Assembly (NCBI GenBank): GCA_963735035.1 | Contig: CAVTJJ010000004.1 | Coordinates: 1,056,001 to 1,120,000 of the forward strand | DNA length: 64,000 bases | Source: an uncultured candidate division Zixibacteria bacterium | GTDB taxonomy: Bacteria > Zixibacteria > MSB-5A5 > GN15 > FEB-12 | Reading direction: 5' to 3' | Shown here: positions 52,471 through 61,882 of the stretch, piece after piece | How positions within the stretch are numbered: position 1 is the first letter of the stretch | Layout of the letters: every line of letters begins with the position of its first letter | Translations under genes and position numbers: made by a program | Notes under the pieces: generated by a model | The model's database searches: none | Told to the model about the DNA's origin: nothing | The model's input: the letters and a program-made list of their open reading frames with translations, nothing else

Positions 52471-53845
52471 AGCACTTAAGGGATATAAGGGACCCGCCCT
52501 CAAAATGCTGGAGAAGCTGGGCGCATCGGTCTGGGACAACTGTACGGTAAAGACGACCCGCGGCGAGTTTAAAGGAATCGTCCTGCCTCGCTCGGAAAAC
52601 GACGATGACGGTCATCTGGTACTCAAGTTGATCAGTGGATACAATGTCGGGATCGCAGTTGACAGCATCACTTCTATCGACGTCGGTGGCCGAAAGGAAG
52701 CCCACTACAAGATTCCGGAAAAGGAATTCCCGAGTTCACCGAACAAGCCGAACGTGAGGCTGCTCGGCACCGGCGGCACGATTGCCTCGCGGCTTGACTA
52801 TCGCACCGGGGCAGTCATCCCGGCGTTCTCTCCGGGCGAATTGTACGGCGCTGTTCCGGAACTGGCCGACATCTGCAATCTGACCACCGAGAAACTGTTT
52901 GCGGTCTTCAGTGAAAACATGGGCCCGGAGCAGTACAAGAAACTGGCTATTCAAATCGGCCAGGAAATCGAGAAGGGCGTTGACGGCATCGTCATAGGCC
53001 ATGGCACCGATACCATGCACCACACCGCGGCGGCGCTGTCCTTCATGGTGCAGAATTCGCCCGTGCCGATTGTGCTGGTGGGTTCGCAACGGTCGTCGGA
53101 TCGGCCGTCTTCTGATGCCGCCCTTAATCTGATTCATGCCACGAAGACCGCAGCCGATTCGGATATCGCCGAAGTAGTCGTCTGCATGTTCGGACCAACT
53201 TCGGATGAATACGGCCTTCTGCACCGGGGCACCCGGGTGCGCAAGATGCACTCATCGTATCGTTCTACTTTCCGGACGGTCGGAGATATTCCCCTGGCGA
53301 TGGTCAATCGGGAGAAAGTCACGCCGCTGCACGACAACTACAACAAGCGGCGCAACGACCGTAAAGCGACCATTCTTCCGTATTTCGAGGAACGGGTAGC
53401 GATGGTGTACTACTACCCGAATATGCACCCCGACATGATCGATTCGCTGATTCAGAACGGCTACCGTGGGATTATCATCGCCGGCACCGGCCTGGGACAT
53501 ATCAACAAGCCGCTCTATCCAGCTATCGAGCGTGCCGCCGCGGCGGGCATCGCCGTCTACATGACCGTGCAGACCCTGTGGGGATACGTCCACATGTTTG
53601 TATATGACACGGGACGCGATCTTATGGCCAAGGGGATTATCCCGGCGGAGAACATGCTCCCGGAAGTGGCCTATATCAAGCTCGCCTGGGCGCTGGGCCA
53701 GACCGACGATCTCGACAAAGTCAAAGATATTATGCTCACTCCTATCTGCGGCGAAACCACCGAGCGCGAACCGTACAACGGCTACCTGATTCTCCAGGGC
53801 GGCGTACCCGAAGTTGAGGCGTTCTTACATACGATTCACAAGTAA
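52463..53845 (+). CDS. gatD: Glu-tRNA(Gln) amidotransferase subunit D (archaeal type)
   Basis: GatD N-terminal domain LVLKLISGYNVGI, TGGTIASRLDYRTGAV, HGTDT, GSQRSSDRPSSDA, RKMHSS, GTGLGH, MLPEVAYIKL.WALG; overlaps gatE. Confidence 0.94.
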   Translation: MSEALKGYKGPALKMLEKLGASVWDNCTVKTTRGEFKGIVLPRSENDDDGHLVLKLISGYNVGIAVDSITSIDVGGRKEAHYKIPEKEFPSSPNKPNVRLLGTGGTIASRLDYRTGAVIPAFSPGELYGAVPELADICNLTTEKLFAVFSENMGPEQYKKLAIQIGQEIEKGVDGIVIGHGTDTMHHTAAALSFMVQNSPVPIVLVGSQRSSDRPSSDAALNLIHATKTAADSDIAEVVVCMFGPTSDEYGLLHRGTRVRKMHSSYRSTFRTVGDIPLAMVNREKVTPLHDNYNKRRNDRKATILPYFEERVAMVYYYPNMHPDMIDSLIQNGYRGIIIAGTGLGHINKPLYPAIERAAAAGIAVYMTVQTLWGYVHMFVYDTGRDLMAKGIIPAENMLPEVAYIKLAWALGQTDDLDKVKDIMLTPICGETTEREPYNGYLILQGGVPEVEAFLHTIHK

Positions 53846-53874
53846 CGACGGAGTCTATTCGCGACAGATCGACC

Positions 53875-55010
53875 ATGCCCTGCAATTTTCAATACATAGA
53901 CACCGGGGACGCCCTTGAGGCGCTGGTCAAGCGTTTGGGGTCGGTCGAGAATGTGGCGGTCGATACCGAAGCGGACAGCCTGCATCACTATTATGAGAAG
54001 GTCTGTCTGATACAGCTTACGGTCGATCATGAAACGTACATTGTCGATCCTCTGGTTGAAATGCGGCTTGGCCCATTCCTTGACCTACTGTCCGGAAAGA
54101 GACTCCTGTTCCACGGCGCCGAATATGATCTCCGGATGTTGCGTGCATCCTATGGATTCAAACTCCAGGGCGAGGTCTTTGACACCATGCTCGCCGCGCA
54201 ACTGGTTGAAGGCAAGGCGTGCAGCCTGGTCGCGCTGGCCAAGAGCTATCTCGGAATCGAACTGACCAAACAGAAACAGCGTTCCGACTGGTCGCGCCGT
54301 CCGTTGAGTGACGAGCAATTGGTGTACGCCTGCAATGATACGTGTCATCTGGCCGCGATCACGGCCCATCTGGAAGGCGAGCTGGAAGCGACTGGGCCGT
54401 ATGGACTGGCATCGTGAATCTTGCCGTCGCATGGTGAAGGGCTACCAGTAAGGACAAATCACCGGTCGATCCGCAGCGCGAATGGCGCATCAAGGGCCTG
54501 AGTGAACTCGAACGCCATCAACTCGCGTTCGTGCGGGAAATCTGGTACTGGCGCGAACACGAGGCCCAGCAAGCCGATGTACCTCCGTTCAAAGTCGCCG
54601 GTAATCAGTTGATTCTCGATTTGGCGATGTGGGCTTCGGAAAAGCGGGGTGGTTCGACCACCGCTCGACCCAGGCTTCCGCGCAACTGTGTGGGGGGGAG
54701 ACTGGCCGGCCTTGAAGACGCCATCAAGCGCGCTCGCTACATGCGGGAGCCCGAGTGGCCGCCGCTTCGAACCGGTAATGGGATCATCTTGCCGGAACAC
54801 GGACCCGAAGTTGACCGCCTGCGCGCTGACAGCGCCGTCATTGCCGAGAAGCTGGGCATAGAGGCGTCGTTGCTGGCCTCGCGGCGACAACTCGAGGCGG
54901 TCTCGATTGCCCGCCCCACCACGGCTGCGGCGCTTCAGAAAGCCGGCAGCTTCATGGACTGGCAGACCGAGCTGCTGCTGCCGGTGGTCAAGAAGATATT
55001 TGGTTCCTGA
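53875..55010 (+). pseudogene. rnd: Ribonuclease D (exonuclease plus HRDC) with two +1 frameshifts at ~54388 and ~54440
   Basis: AVDTEADSLHHYYEKVCLIQL, FDTMLAA, SDWSRRPL..EQLVYA; bridging frame RLGRMDWHRESCRRMV; third frame WRIKG...WREHEAQQADVPPFKV. Confidence 0.85.
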
Positions 55011-55060
55011 TTCCTAAGCACAAAAAGTACATTCCCTGTCCGGGCGAGTAGAAAGTAAAC

Positions 55061-55257
55061 GTGCCCGGCAGATGCCCACATCTGCCGGGCACCCCATTAA
55101 ATCACCCTTGCCCCACTACGTCACCCTGAGCTTGTCGAAGGGTTACACTCTACCTTAAATGATGCTTCGACCCTTCGGCAAGCTCAGAGCAGGCGTAGCT
55201 AAGCATGACTTTCGGGTGGCAGAACCACCCGCCCAAGGGACGGGGGTTCTGCCCTAC
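55061..55257. repeat. REP-like palindrome cluster between convergent genes
   Basis: Perfect 14-bp stem GTGCCCGGCAGATG / CATCTGCCGGGCAC (55061-55092); CCTGAGCTTGTCGAAGG (~55125) with an inverted copy (~55171-55188); GGCAGAACC...GGTTCTGCC-CTAC (55218-55257). Confidence 0.7.
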
Positions 55258-55315
55258 GAAGGTCACTCTATTGTACTGTGGCTGGTGGACGTCCTCGTCC
55301 ACCAGCCCGAGCTCT

Positions 55316-57115
55316 CTACGCCTGGCCGACTTCTTCTGCCAATTGATAGCGCCGATATATCTTCGAATACTGACCACCCTGATCGATCAACTCCTTGTGC
55401 GTGCCGGATTCGACAAGACAGCCATCCTCAAGCACATAGATCCGATCAGCCAGTGCTAGCGTGCCCGGTCGATGCGTTATCAGCACCGCCGTCAGTCCGG
55501 GCATGACTTCATGCAGTCGACCCCACAGCGCTGCCTCGGTGTGCGAGTCGAGCGCCGACGTGCAATCGTCCAGCAGGAGAATCTGCGGCTTGCCGACCAG
55601 CGCCCGCGCCAGGGCGAGGCGTTGTTTCTGGCCGCCGGAGAGCATCATACCGTGCGTACCCACCGGAGTATCGAGCCCTTTCGGGAACGATGCGATCTCG
55701 TCTTTCAACTGAGCAATTTCGACCGCCCAGTCAAGAACGTCCTCGCTGATTTCATCACGTCCGAGCAGAATATTATTCCTGATCGTATCGCTGAACAGTA
55801 TCGGCTCCTGTGGAACATAGCCGATCTGTCGCCGCAGGTCTTCGAGACGGAACTGCCGAAGCTCTCGGCCGTCCAGCTTGATGATGCCGCCGCTCGGGTC
55901 GACCAGCCGTGGAATCATGTTCACGAGCCAACTCTTGCCCGAGCCAACCCGTCCCACCAGCGCGACCGTCTGTCCCGCATCGAACTCAAGGCTGACATCG
56001 TTCAGCACCTTCCGTTCCGAAGGCGGAAACGAAAGACTTACCCCACCCAGCGCGATCTGTCCTGCCGGAGTTTCAGTCATTGCCTCGGCGCCGTCATCGC
56101 CGACCATCGCGGGCACATCTTCCATAGCGCGAAGACGATCAATCGACACCGCCGATTGGCGCGACTTGACCAGGAACTGGCCGACATCGAACATCGGGAA
56201 GACCAGCCATGAAACATAGTAGATGAACGTCGCCAGTGAACCGATCGACAAGTTTGACGTGATGACCTTATAGCCGCCCAGAATAAGCACCGTCACCAAA
56301 GCGATCTGCCAGATGTACTGGTACATCGATTCGACTACCGCGGTCAATCGGACTGTCGCTATTTCGGCATTCCGTCGGTCTACCGCCGCCTTTTCGAACT
56401 TCGATTTCTGAGCCTCATTGCGCACGTAAGCTTTCACAACCCGGATGCCGGAAAAGCAGGCTTCCATGACATCGTTGAAGCGCGAGATGCGCGTTTGCAG
56501 ATGTTCGTATCGTTTGTCGAGCGCCGACGAAGTCTTAAAGAAGATGAACACCAGAATCGGCAGCGGTCCTGCCGCCCAGAGTGTCAATCCCGGATCGAGG
56601 CTGATCATCATCAGGGTGATGAAGATGATGTAAAGCGTCGCTTCGTACAGGCGAAAGATACCCGAGCAGGCAAACCAGGACAGTTTCTCTGCAACGTCGT
56701 CGGTCAACCGCGTGACAATATCACCGGTGCGGAACTTATTGAAGAAGTCCGGCCCCTTGGTCGTGATCTGGTCGAACGCCTCCTGGCGGAACTCCCATTC
56801 CAGCCGGCAGTTCATCCAGGCGCGGTTCGACTGCACGAACACGTAGAAGGCGCTGGAGAAGATGCCGATCAGGATGAACGCCACGCCGTAGCTGGTCGCA
56901 GGCGACAGTCCAAACGATGCCCCCACACTGGTGACCCAGCGGGACACCAGGTGATCCGAGACATTTCCCGTACTCAGATTGTCGACCGCGAACCCGAACA
57001 ACTGCGGAACCGTCACGCCGACTATCGCCTGCGCCGGAGTTAGTAGAACAAGAACCGCCAGCACCCAGGGGTGGCGCTTATAGTATTTCCATAACCATTT
57101 TATCTTACTTAGCAT
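55316..57115 (-). CDS. ABC exporter, fused permease/ATPase (heterodimer subunit with degenerate Walker B; BmrC/YheI-like)
   Basis: Six-TM domain, GRVGSGKS, LSGGQKQR, LLLDDCTSALD (catalytic Glu replaced by Asp). Confidence 0.9.
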   Translation of the reverse strand: MLSKIKWLWKYYKRHPWVLAVLVLLTPAQAIVGVTVPQLFGFAVDNLSTGNVSDHLVSRWVTSVGASFGLSPATSYGVAFILIGIFSSAFYVFVQSNRAWMNCRLEWEFRQEAFDQITTKGPDFFNKFRTGDIVTRLTDDVAEKLSWFACSGIFRLYEATLYIIFITLMMISLDPGLTLWAAGPLPILVFIFFKTSSALDKRYEHLQTRISRFNDVMEACFSGIRVVKAYVRNEAQKSKFEKAAVDRRNAEIATVRLTAVVESMYQYIWQIALVTVLILGGYKVITSNLSIGSLATFIYYVSWLVFPMFDVGQFLVKSRQSAVSIDRLRAMEDVPAMVGDDGAEAMTETPAGQIALGGVSLSFPPSERKVLNDVSLEFDAGQTVALVGRVGSGKSWLVNMIPRLVDPSGGIIKLDGRELRQFRLEDLRRQIGYVPQEPILFSDTIRNNILLGRDEISEDVLDWAVEIAQLKDEIASFPKGLDTPVGTHGMMLSGGQKQRLALARALVGKPQILLLDDCTSALDSHTEAALWGRLHEVMPGLTAVLITHRPGTLALADRIYVLEDGCLVESGTHKELIDQGGQYSKIYRRYQLAEEVGQA

Positions 57116-58904
57116 TGGCTAACGCTCCATTCGTGTTCTTGTACTGCAGATGGAACAGCTTGGTATAGTAGCCATTCATCAGCAGCAGATCGCTGTGCTT
57201 GCCGCGCTCGACAATCTCGCCGTCGCGGATCACGAGGATCTGATCGACATCGAGAATGGTCGACAGACGATGGGCGATAATCAGCGACGTTCGCCCGGTC
57301 ATCAGCTTGTGCAGCGATTCCTGAATCGCGCGTTCGGTTTCCGGGTCGACTGAGCTGGTAGCTTCGTCGAGCACGAGTATCTCCGGGTCGAACGCCAGAG
57401 CCCGTGCAAACGAAAACAACTGCCGCTCGCCCCGGCTGAAATTGGCGCCCTTCTCGGAAACCTCCGTCTGGTACTTCTGCGGCAGACGTTCGATGAACTT
57501 GTCCGCGGCTACAGTGCGCGCCGCCTCGGCGGTACGTTCGAGCGAGACTCCCTCGGCTTCGAGACTGATGTTTTCCGCCACGCTTCCGGGGAACAGGAAA
57601 ATATCCTGAAGCACCAGCGCAAAACGTTTGCGGAGTTCCGAGACCGCGATTTCGCGAATGTCGATACCGTCGATCGTTATGCGCCCCTTCTGCGGATCAT
57701 AGAAGCGCAACAAGAGGGATATTACGGTACTCTTGCCGCCGCCGGTAACACCCGCGAGAGCCACCCGCTGACCGACCTTGATTTCGAAATTCACATCCTT
57801 CAAGACCCACTGATGGTCATCGCCGTAAGAGAACCAGACGTTCTCAAACCGGATTGATGACTTCATGCCGTTCCATGCCAACGGTCGGGGCGAATCGAGA
57901 ATCTTCGGTTTCGTTTCGAGCAGTGCGAATATCCGCCGCGCGCCGGCTATTCCTTTCTGGAAACTGGACAACTGCTCCGACATGCGGAAGATCGGGTCAA
58001 ACGACCGCCAGACGTTGACCAGAAAGAGCACCATGAGACCGGCCGTCAGTCCAAATTTAGCCCCAAATAGGAGGATCAGGCCGATCTTGATGTATTCGAA
58101 CATAAAGGCGGTATTGAAGAACACGCATACCGCCACGTTGACGAACGCATCCTGGGTAAATTTCGCCTCACTGACCCGATAGAACCGCTTCCGGGCATAT
58201 TCGCCCCGGTGGAATATCTGTATGATAGACATCCCTTGCAGAAATTCGGTGGCGGTCGCAGTCACTTCGGCCATGAGCTTGCGCACGGCCAGAAAGCGGT
58301 GCGAGGTCAGCCGATGGAATATCCAGACCAGCAACGCAATCACCGGGATCAGTGACGCCAGTATTGCCGCCAATCTCCAATTGTAATAGAACAGGACGCT
58401 GTACAGCCCGACCACCAGCAGGAAGTCGGCAATAACCATTAATACAGTGTTGGTGAACAGCATCCGAAGCGATTCGGTGTCGGATTCAACTCGCGCCATG
58501 AGCCGACCGACCGGGTTCCGATCGAAGAACGACACGTCCAGCGACAGGATGTGATCAAACAATCGTCGCTTCAAATCTAACATGAAGTCCTGAGCGATCG
58601 TCTCCAGACGGATGCGTAGCGTATATTGGGCGCCAATGGTCACGATCTGGATGACGGCTATTCCCGCGGCGAGGAATATCAGCCCGCGGACATCTTCGCC
58701 CGCCAGGGGAACGTCTATGGCCCGCTTGAGCAGAATCGGCCACAGCAGCGACAACAGCGTGGCGGCGACCAGAAGAGCCAGGCAGCCGGCCAAGCGCCGA
58801 CGGTGCGGCTGCAAGAGCGGCAGCAGATATCCAATAGCCTTGCGGCCTCCGACTTCGGATGCCGAACCGGTAGTCTTTTCGTCTTCGTAAAAGGAGCTAG
58901 TCAT
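57105..58904 (-). CDS. ABC exporter, fused permease/ATPase (heterodimer subunit with degenerate signature; BmrD/YheH-like)
   Basis: FFDRNPVGRLM, GVTGGGKST, FSRGERQL, VLDEATSSVD, IAHRLST. Confidence 0.9.
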   Translation of the reverse strand: MTSSFYEDEKTTGSASEVGGRKAIGYLLPLLQPHRRRLAGCLALLVAATLLSLLWPILLKRAIDVPLAGEDVRGLIFLAAGIAVIQIVTIGAQYTLRIRLETIAQDFMLDLKRRLFDHILSLDVSFFDRNPVGRLMARVESDTESLRMLFTNTVLMVIADFLLVVGLYSVLFYYNWRLAAILASLIPVIALLVWIFHRLTSHRFLAVRKLMAEVTATATEFLQGMSIIQIFHRGEYARKRFYRVSEAKFTQDAFVNVAVCVFFNTAFMFEYIKIGLILLFGAKFGLTAGLMVLFLVNVWRSFDPIFRMSEQLSSFQKGIAGARRIFALLETKPKILDSPRPLAWNGMKSSIRFENVWFSYGDDHQWVLKDVNFEIKVGQRVALAGVTGGGKSTVISLLLRFYDPQKGRITIDGIDIREIAVSELRKRFALVLQDIFLFPGSVAENISLEAEGVSLERTAEAARTVAADKFIERLPQKYQTEVSEKGANFSRGERQLFSFARALAFDPEILVLDEATSSVDPETERAIQESLHKLMTGRTSLIIAHRLSTILDVDQILVIRDGEIVERGKHSDLLLMNGYYTKLFHLQYKNTNGALANAK

Positions 58905-58961
58905 TTCATTGCCCTTGATAGAAAGTGTAACAACGCTCGGACCGATTCCCGGCGGACAATG

Positions 58962-58998
58962 AAAAAAGCCCGCCAGGTTCTATCGGACCGTGGCGGGC
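58962..58998 (-). terminator. Leader (attenuator) terminator upstream of the ABC exporter operon
   Basis: Minus strand GCCCGCCA-C-GGTCC-GATA-GAACC-TGGCGGGC followed by TTTTTT, ~57 nt before the ATG at 58904. Confidence 0.75.
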
Positions 58999-59023
58999 AT
59001 CGCTTTCGCGCTTGGGTGTGTCG

Positions 59024-59098
59024 CTATCCGGACATACCCGTCCCGCCACCCGGTACCAATACCGGCATATTCGAAATACGATTCTGGAGGCTGATCAT
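59024..59098 (-). CDS. Putative 24-aa leader peptide MISLQNRISNMPVLVPGGGTGMSG
   Basis: AGGAG 11 nt upstream; contains GTGGCGGG, complementary to the 5' arm of the terminator. Confidence 0.45.
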   Translation of the reverse strand: MISLQNRISNMPVLVPGGGTGMSG

Positions 59099-59329
59099 CG
59101 AATCATATACTCCTGTGCAGCGGGTTAAATATATCTAAAGCTATTTCAGCATTATTCAAATTATTGGGAACAAGTATAATTGGCGGCCATTGTTTGTCAA
59201 CACATTTTCTTTGTCCTTTTGACGAGGCTTATCGAATAAGTGCCACTCCAAGTCATTGCGAGTGGAGATGCCCGCCGCGAGGTGGGTGTCGTAGCGCGGC
59301 AATCCCAATTCGACGGTATCGATACGAGT

Positions 59330-59356
59330 CGGCAGATGTGGACATCTGCCGGGCAC
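59330..59356. repeat. REP-like palindrome, sister of 55061-55092
   Basis: CGGCAGATGT-GG-ACATCTGCCG-GGCAC. Confidence 0.6.
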
Positions 59357-59486
59357 TTGTACTCCCGTTTCTGTGGCCGGCCCGGCGCGGCGGGTCCCCG
59401 TCTGCCGCTCCAGAAACTGCTTCCGCGAAGTTGCGCGGTTGCCTATGTTTCCAGTCCTGAATTGTGGAAAGCGGAGTATAACGATC

Positions 59487-61844
59487 ATGTTCAATAGTTC
59501 GACTTTGCGATGGCTGTGGCTCGGATTGGTAATAGGTGTTTCTACTGTTACGGTTCGAGCCGAAACCCGTACCTTCCGGGTGGGTTTCTTCGAAGGCGGC
59601 CCTTATGAGGCACACGCTGAATTCAGAAATGCTTTCCGCGCCCAGATTAAAGCCATGACGCCGCCGGGAGTCCAGATTGTCTTCGAGCCGGATGCTTTCT
59701 ATTCGGCGGAATGGAACCGCGAAAAATCGAAGAGCATGGCTCGCGAAATTGCCGCCTTCAAGAACCTTGATCTCATTGTTGCCACCGGTCCCTGGACTGT
59801 GGAAGACCTTCTGGCCGCCGGGTTTGATAGACCCATCGTGGCCGCGTTTCGTTTCGATCCGGTAGCCGAGGGACTGGTGAACGCCAAGGGAAGACCCATT
59901 ATCGACAACCTGACCGTCCGTGTCCGCCCCAAGAAAGTCGAATCTGATTTGCTCTATCTGGCCAACCTGGTTCATCCGGATACGGTGGGGGTCCTGTATT
60001 TCCCGTCGGGCGATGAATCCGCGAAGGCTCTGGATTCGATGCGGGTCATCGGACGCAGACTCGGTTTCGAAATCGTCACGGCACAGGGATTCGACACCGA
60101 CGGCGCGTACGCCTATTTCAAAGCTTATCGGCAGCTGAGCCGAAGCGCTGACGCAGTCTATTTATTACCGCTTTGGGGATGCGAGGGAGAAAAGATCAAG
60201 AGTTTCTATCAAATGATCGAGCGCGATCGGAAGGCCGCTTTCTCTTCGGAAGGAATGTATCATGTGGAGCGCGGCGCGCTCGCGTCGGGCTCGGCCGAGA
60301 CCGCGATGGTCGAGGCGCATCTCCAGGCCTGGAAAGTCATGCGGATCATTCAGGGAATGGTTCCGGCCGATCTGCCGATTACGCTGGACGACGATCCGGT
60401 CCTGACCCTTAACGACCAGGTGGCACGAAGTGTGCAGGTAAGAGTACCGTCGGGGTTGCACTACGACATGGTGGTTGTCGAAGGTCTGATGCCGGACAGT
60501 GTGGAGCGCGTGACCCTGGTCGATGCGATTTCAGTGGCTGTCAACCAGAACCCCGGCTTTCAGGCGACCTATCAGACCATGGCGGCCGCGGGACAGGCTG
60601 CGAAGGAAGCTCGTTCGTCTTATCTGCCTCAACTCGAGTTGAACGGATCGGCGGCATACTTCAACAACAACGCCGTCAACAATGATCCTCGGTATGACAA
60701 CAATCGTCTGCAAGCTCATCTGAGCCTGCGTCAGGACCTGTTTGCGCTCGATGCCATCAGGGACATCCGCACTGCGGCGCTTCAGCGGGATCAGAGCGGT
60801 GTCGATCAGAAACGCGCCCAGCTCGACCTGGAACTGGCCGTCACACTGGCCTATCTTGATCTGGCAGCCGCTGATCGGGAGCGACTTATCGAGCAGGCCA
60901 ACCGGAGCCAGGCGAACGAGTGTCTGGAGATTGCGCGTGTACGCCTGAGTCTGGGCGAGACCGAGGCCGTCGATGTCTGGCGTGCCGAGCAGGAATTGAT
61001 GTCGTCCCTTCAGGCGTTGCGCGCAGTGGAAAGTCGCCGACAAATCGCCAGAACCCTGTTCAACACTCTGCTTGGACGGCCGCCTGACTATCCCTTTGTC
61101 GCTGACCTGGGGCAATTCTCAGACGAGCGATTTGCTAACGAGCAATCTCTCATTGAGCAGCTCACCGGAAGCTCTGCGAAACGTGAGAGACTCAACCAGC
61201 TCATTGATAGCCTGGCGTCCGCTAATAGTCCCGAGGCGAAAGCATCGGACCTCGACGTTGCCGTACAGAAATCACAACTTTCTCGCACCAACGCCGGTTT
61301 CTGGCCCCGTATCGGTTTCTTCGCCGATTTCGGTGTGACCGATCAGTTGTCCGACAAAGTGGGGTACGATGAAGCCAATCCGAGTTGGACGATCGGTGCC
61401 GAAATCAAGCTGCCGCTCTTTCTCGGTGGGCGACGTCTGCACGAACGGAGCCGGATGCGGCTGCTGATCGATCAAGAGACTTTCAAGAAGGATCAGGTTT
61501 CATTCGAGACGGTCGCAAGAGTCCGAGTGGCGCTTGAGAAGGCTTTGAGCAGCGCCGATGAATTCGCGCCCGCCGCGCGGGCGGATGAGCTCGCCAAACA
61601 GGTTTATCCCGAAATGATTTCGCGTTATTCGAACGGGGAGGAACGAATGACGGATTTGCTTGACGCGATTCGAACTGATCGTGAGGCATCTCTTCGGGCC
61701 GTGACCGCTCAGATCAACTATTATAGAGCGGCGGCAGAGGCTGTACGGGCCGCTGGAATCTCGACCTACGAGTCGGGGAAGAACGCTTTTGACGAAATGA
61801 TACGTGTGTTGGCGTCGATCACACCCCAACCAGCGAAGCAATGA
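59487..61844 (+). CDS. Fusion of an ABC-type substrate-binding-like domain with a TolC-family outer-membrane efflux protein
   Basis: Signal peptide; N-terminal half with DLIVATG and RIIQGMVPADLPI...LTLN (ABC_sub_bind-like); C-terminal half with ARSSYLPQL, AGFWPRIG, WTIGAEIKLPLFLGG, RYSNG...DLLDA (OEP repeats). Confidence 0.8.
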   Translation: MFNSSTLRWLWLGLVIGVSTVTVRAETRTFRVGFFEGGPYEAHAEFRNAFRAQIKAMTPPGVQIVFEPDAFYSAEWNREKSKSMAREIAAFKNLDLIVATGPWTVEDLLAAGFDRPIVAAFRFDPVAEGLVNAKGRPIIDNLTVRVRPKKVESDLLYLANLVHPDTVGVLYFPSGDESAKALDSMRVIGRRLGFEIVTAQGFDTDGAYAYFKAYRQLSRSADAVYLLPLWGCEGEKIKSFYQMIERDRKAAFSSEGMYHVERGALASGSAETAMVEAHLQAWKVMRIIQGMVPADLPITLDDDPVLTLNDQVARSVQVRVPSGLHYDMVVVEGLMPDSVERVTLVDAISVAVNQNPGFQATYQTMAAAGQAAKEARSSYLPQLELNGSAAYFNNNAVNNDPRYDNNRLQAHLSLRQDLFALDAIRDIRTAALQRDQSGVDQKRAQLDLELAVTLAYLDLAAADRERLIEQANRSQANECLEIARVRLSLGETEAVDVWRAEQELMSSLQALRAVESRRQIARTLFNTLLGRPPDYPFVADLGQFSDERFANEQSLIEQLTGSSAKRERLNQLIDSLASANSPEAKASDLDVAVQKSQLSRTNAGFWPRIGFFADFGVTDQLSDKVGYDEANPSWTIGAEIKLPLFLGGRRLHERSRMRLLIDQETFKKDQVSFETVARVRVALEKALSSADEFAPAARADELAKQVYPEMISRYSNGEERMTDLLDAIRTDREASLRAVTAQINYYRAAAEAVRAAGISTYESGKNAFDEMIRVLASITPQPAKQ

Positions 61845-61882
61845 TGTAGACCGAATCGGGCTTGATATTGCTGGGCTCTTGG

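Noticed and set aside
52463..53845. Calling this a plain L-asparaginase (ansA)
   Set aside because: It has the GatD-specific N-terminal domain and the SRLDYRTGAV motif, and it overlaps gatE.
55150..55506. ORFs 55159-55506, 55150-55377 and 55205-55459
   Set aside because: They run through REP-like palindromes and overlap the end of the ABC gene; the translations are not protein-like.
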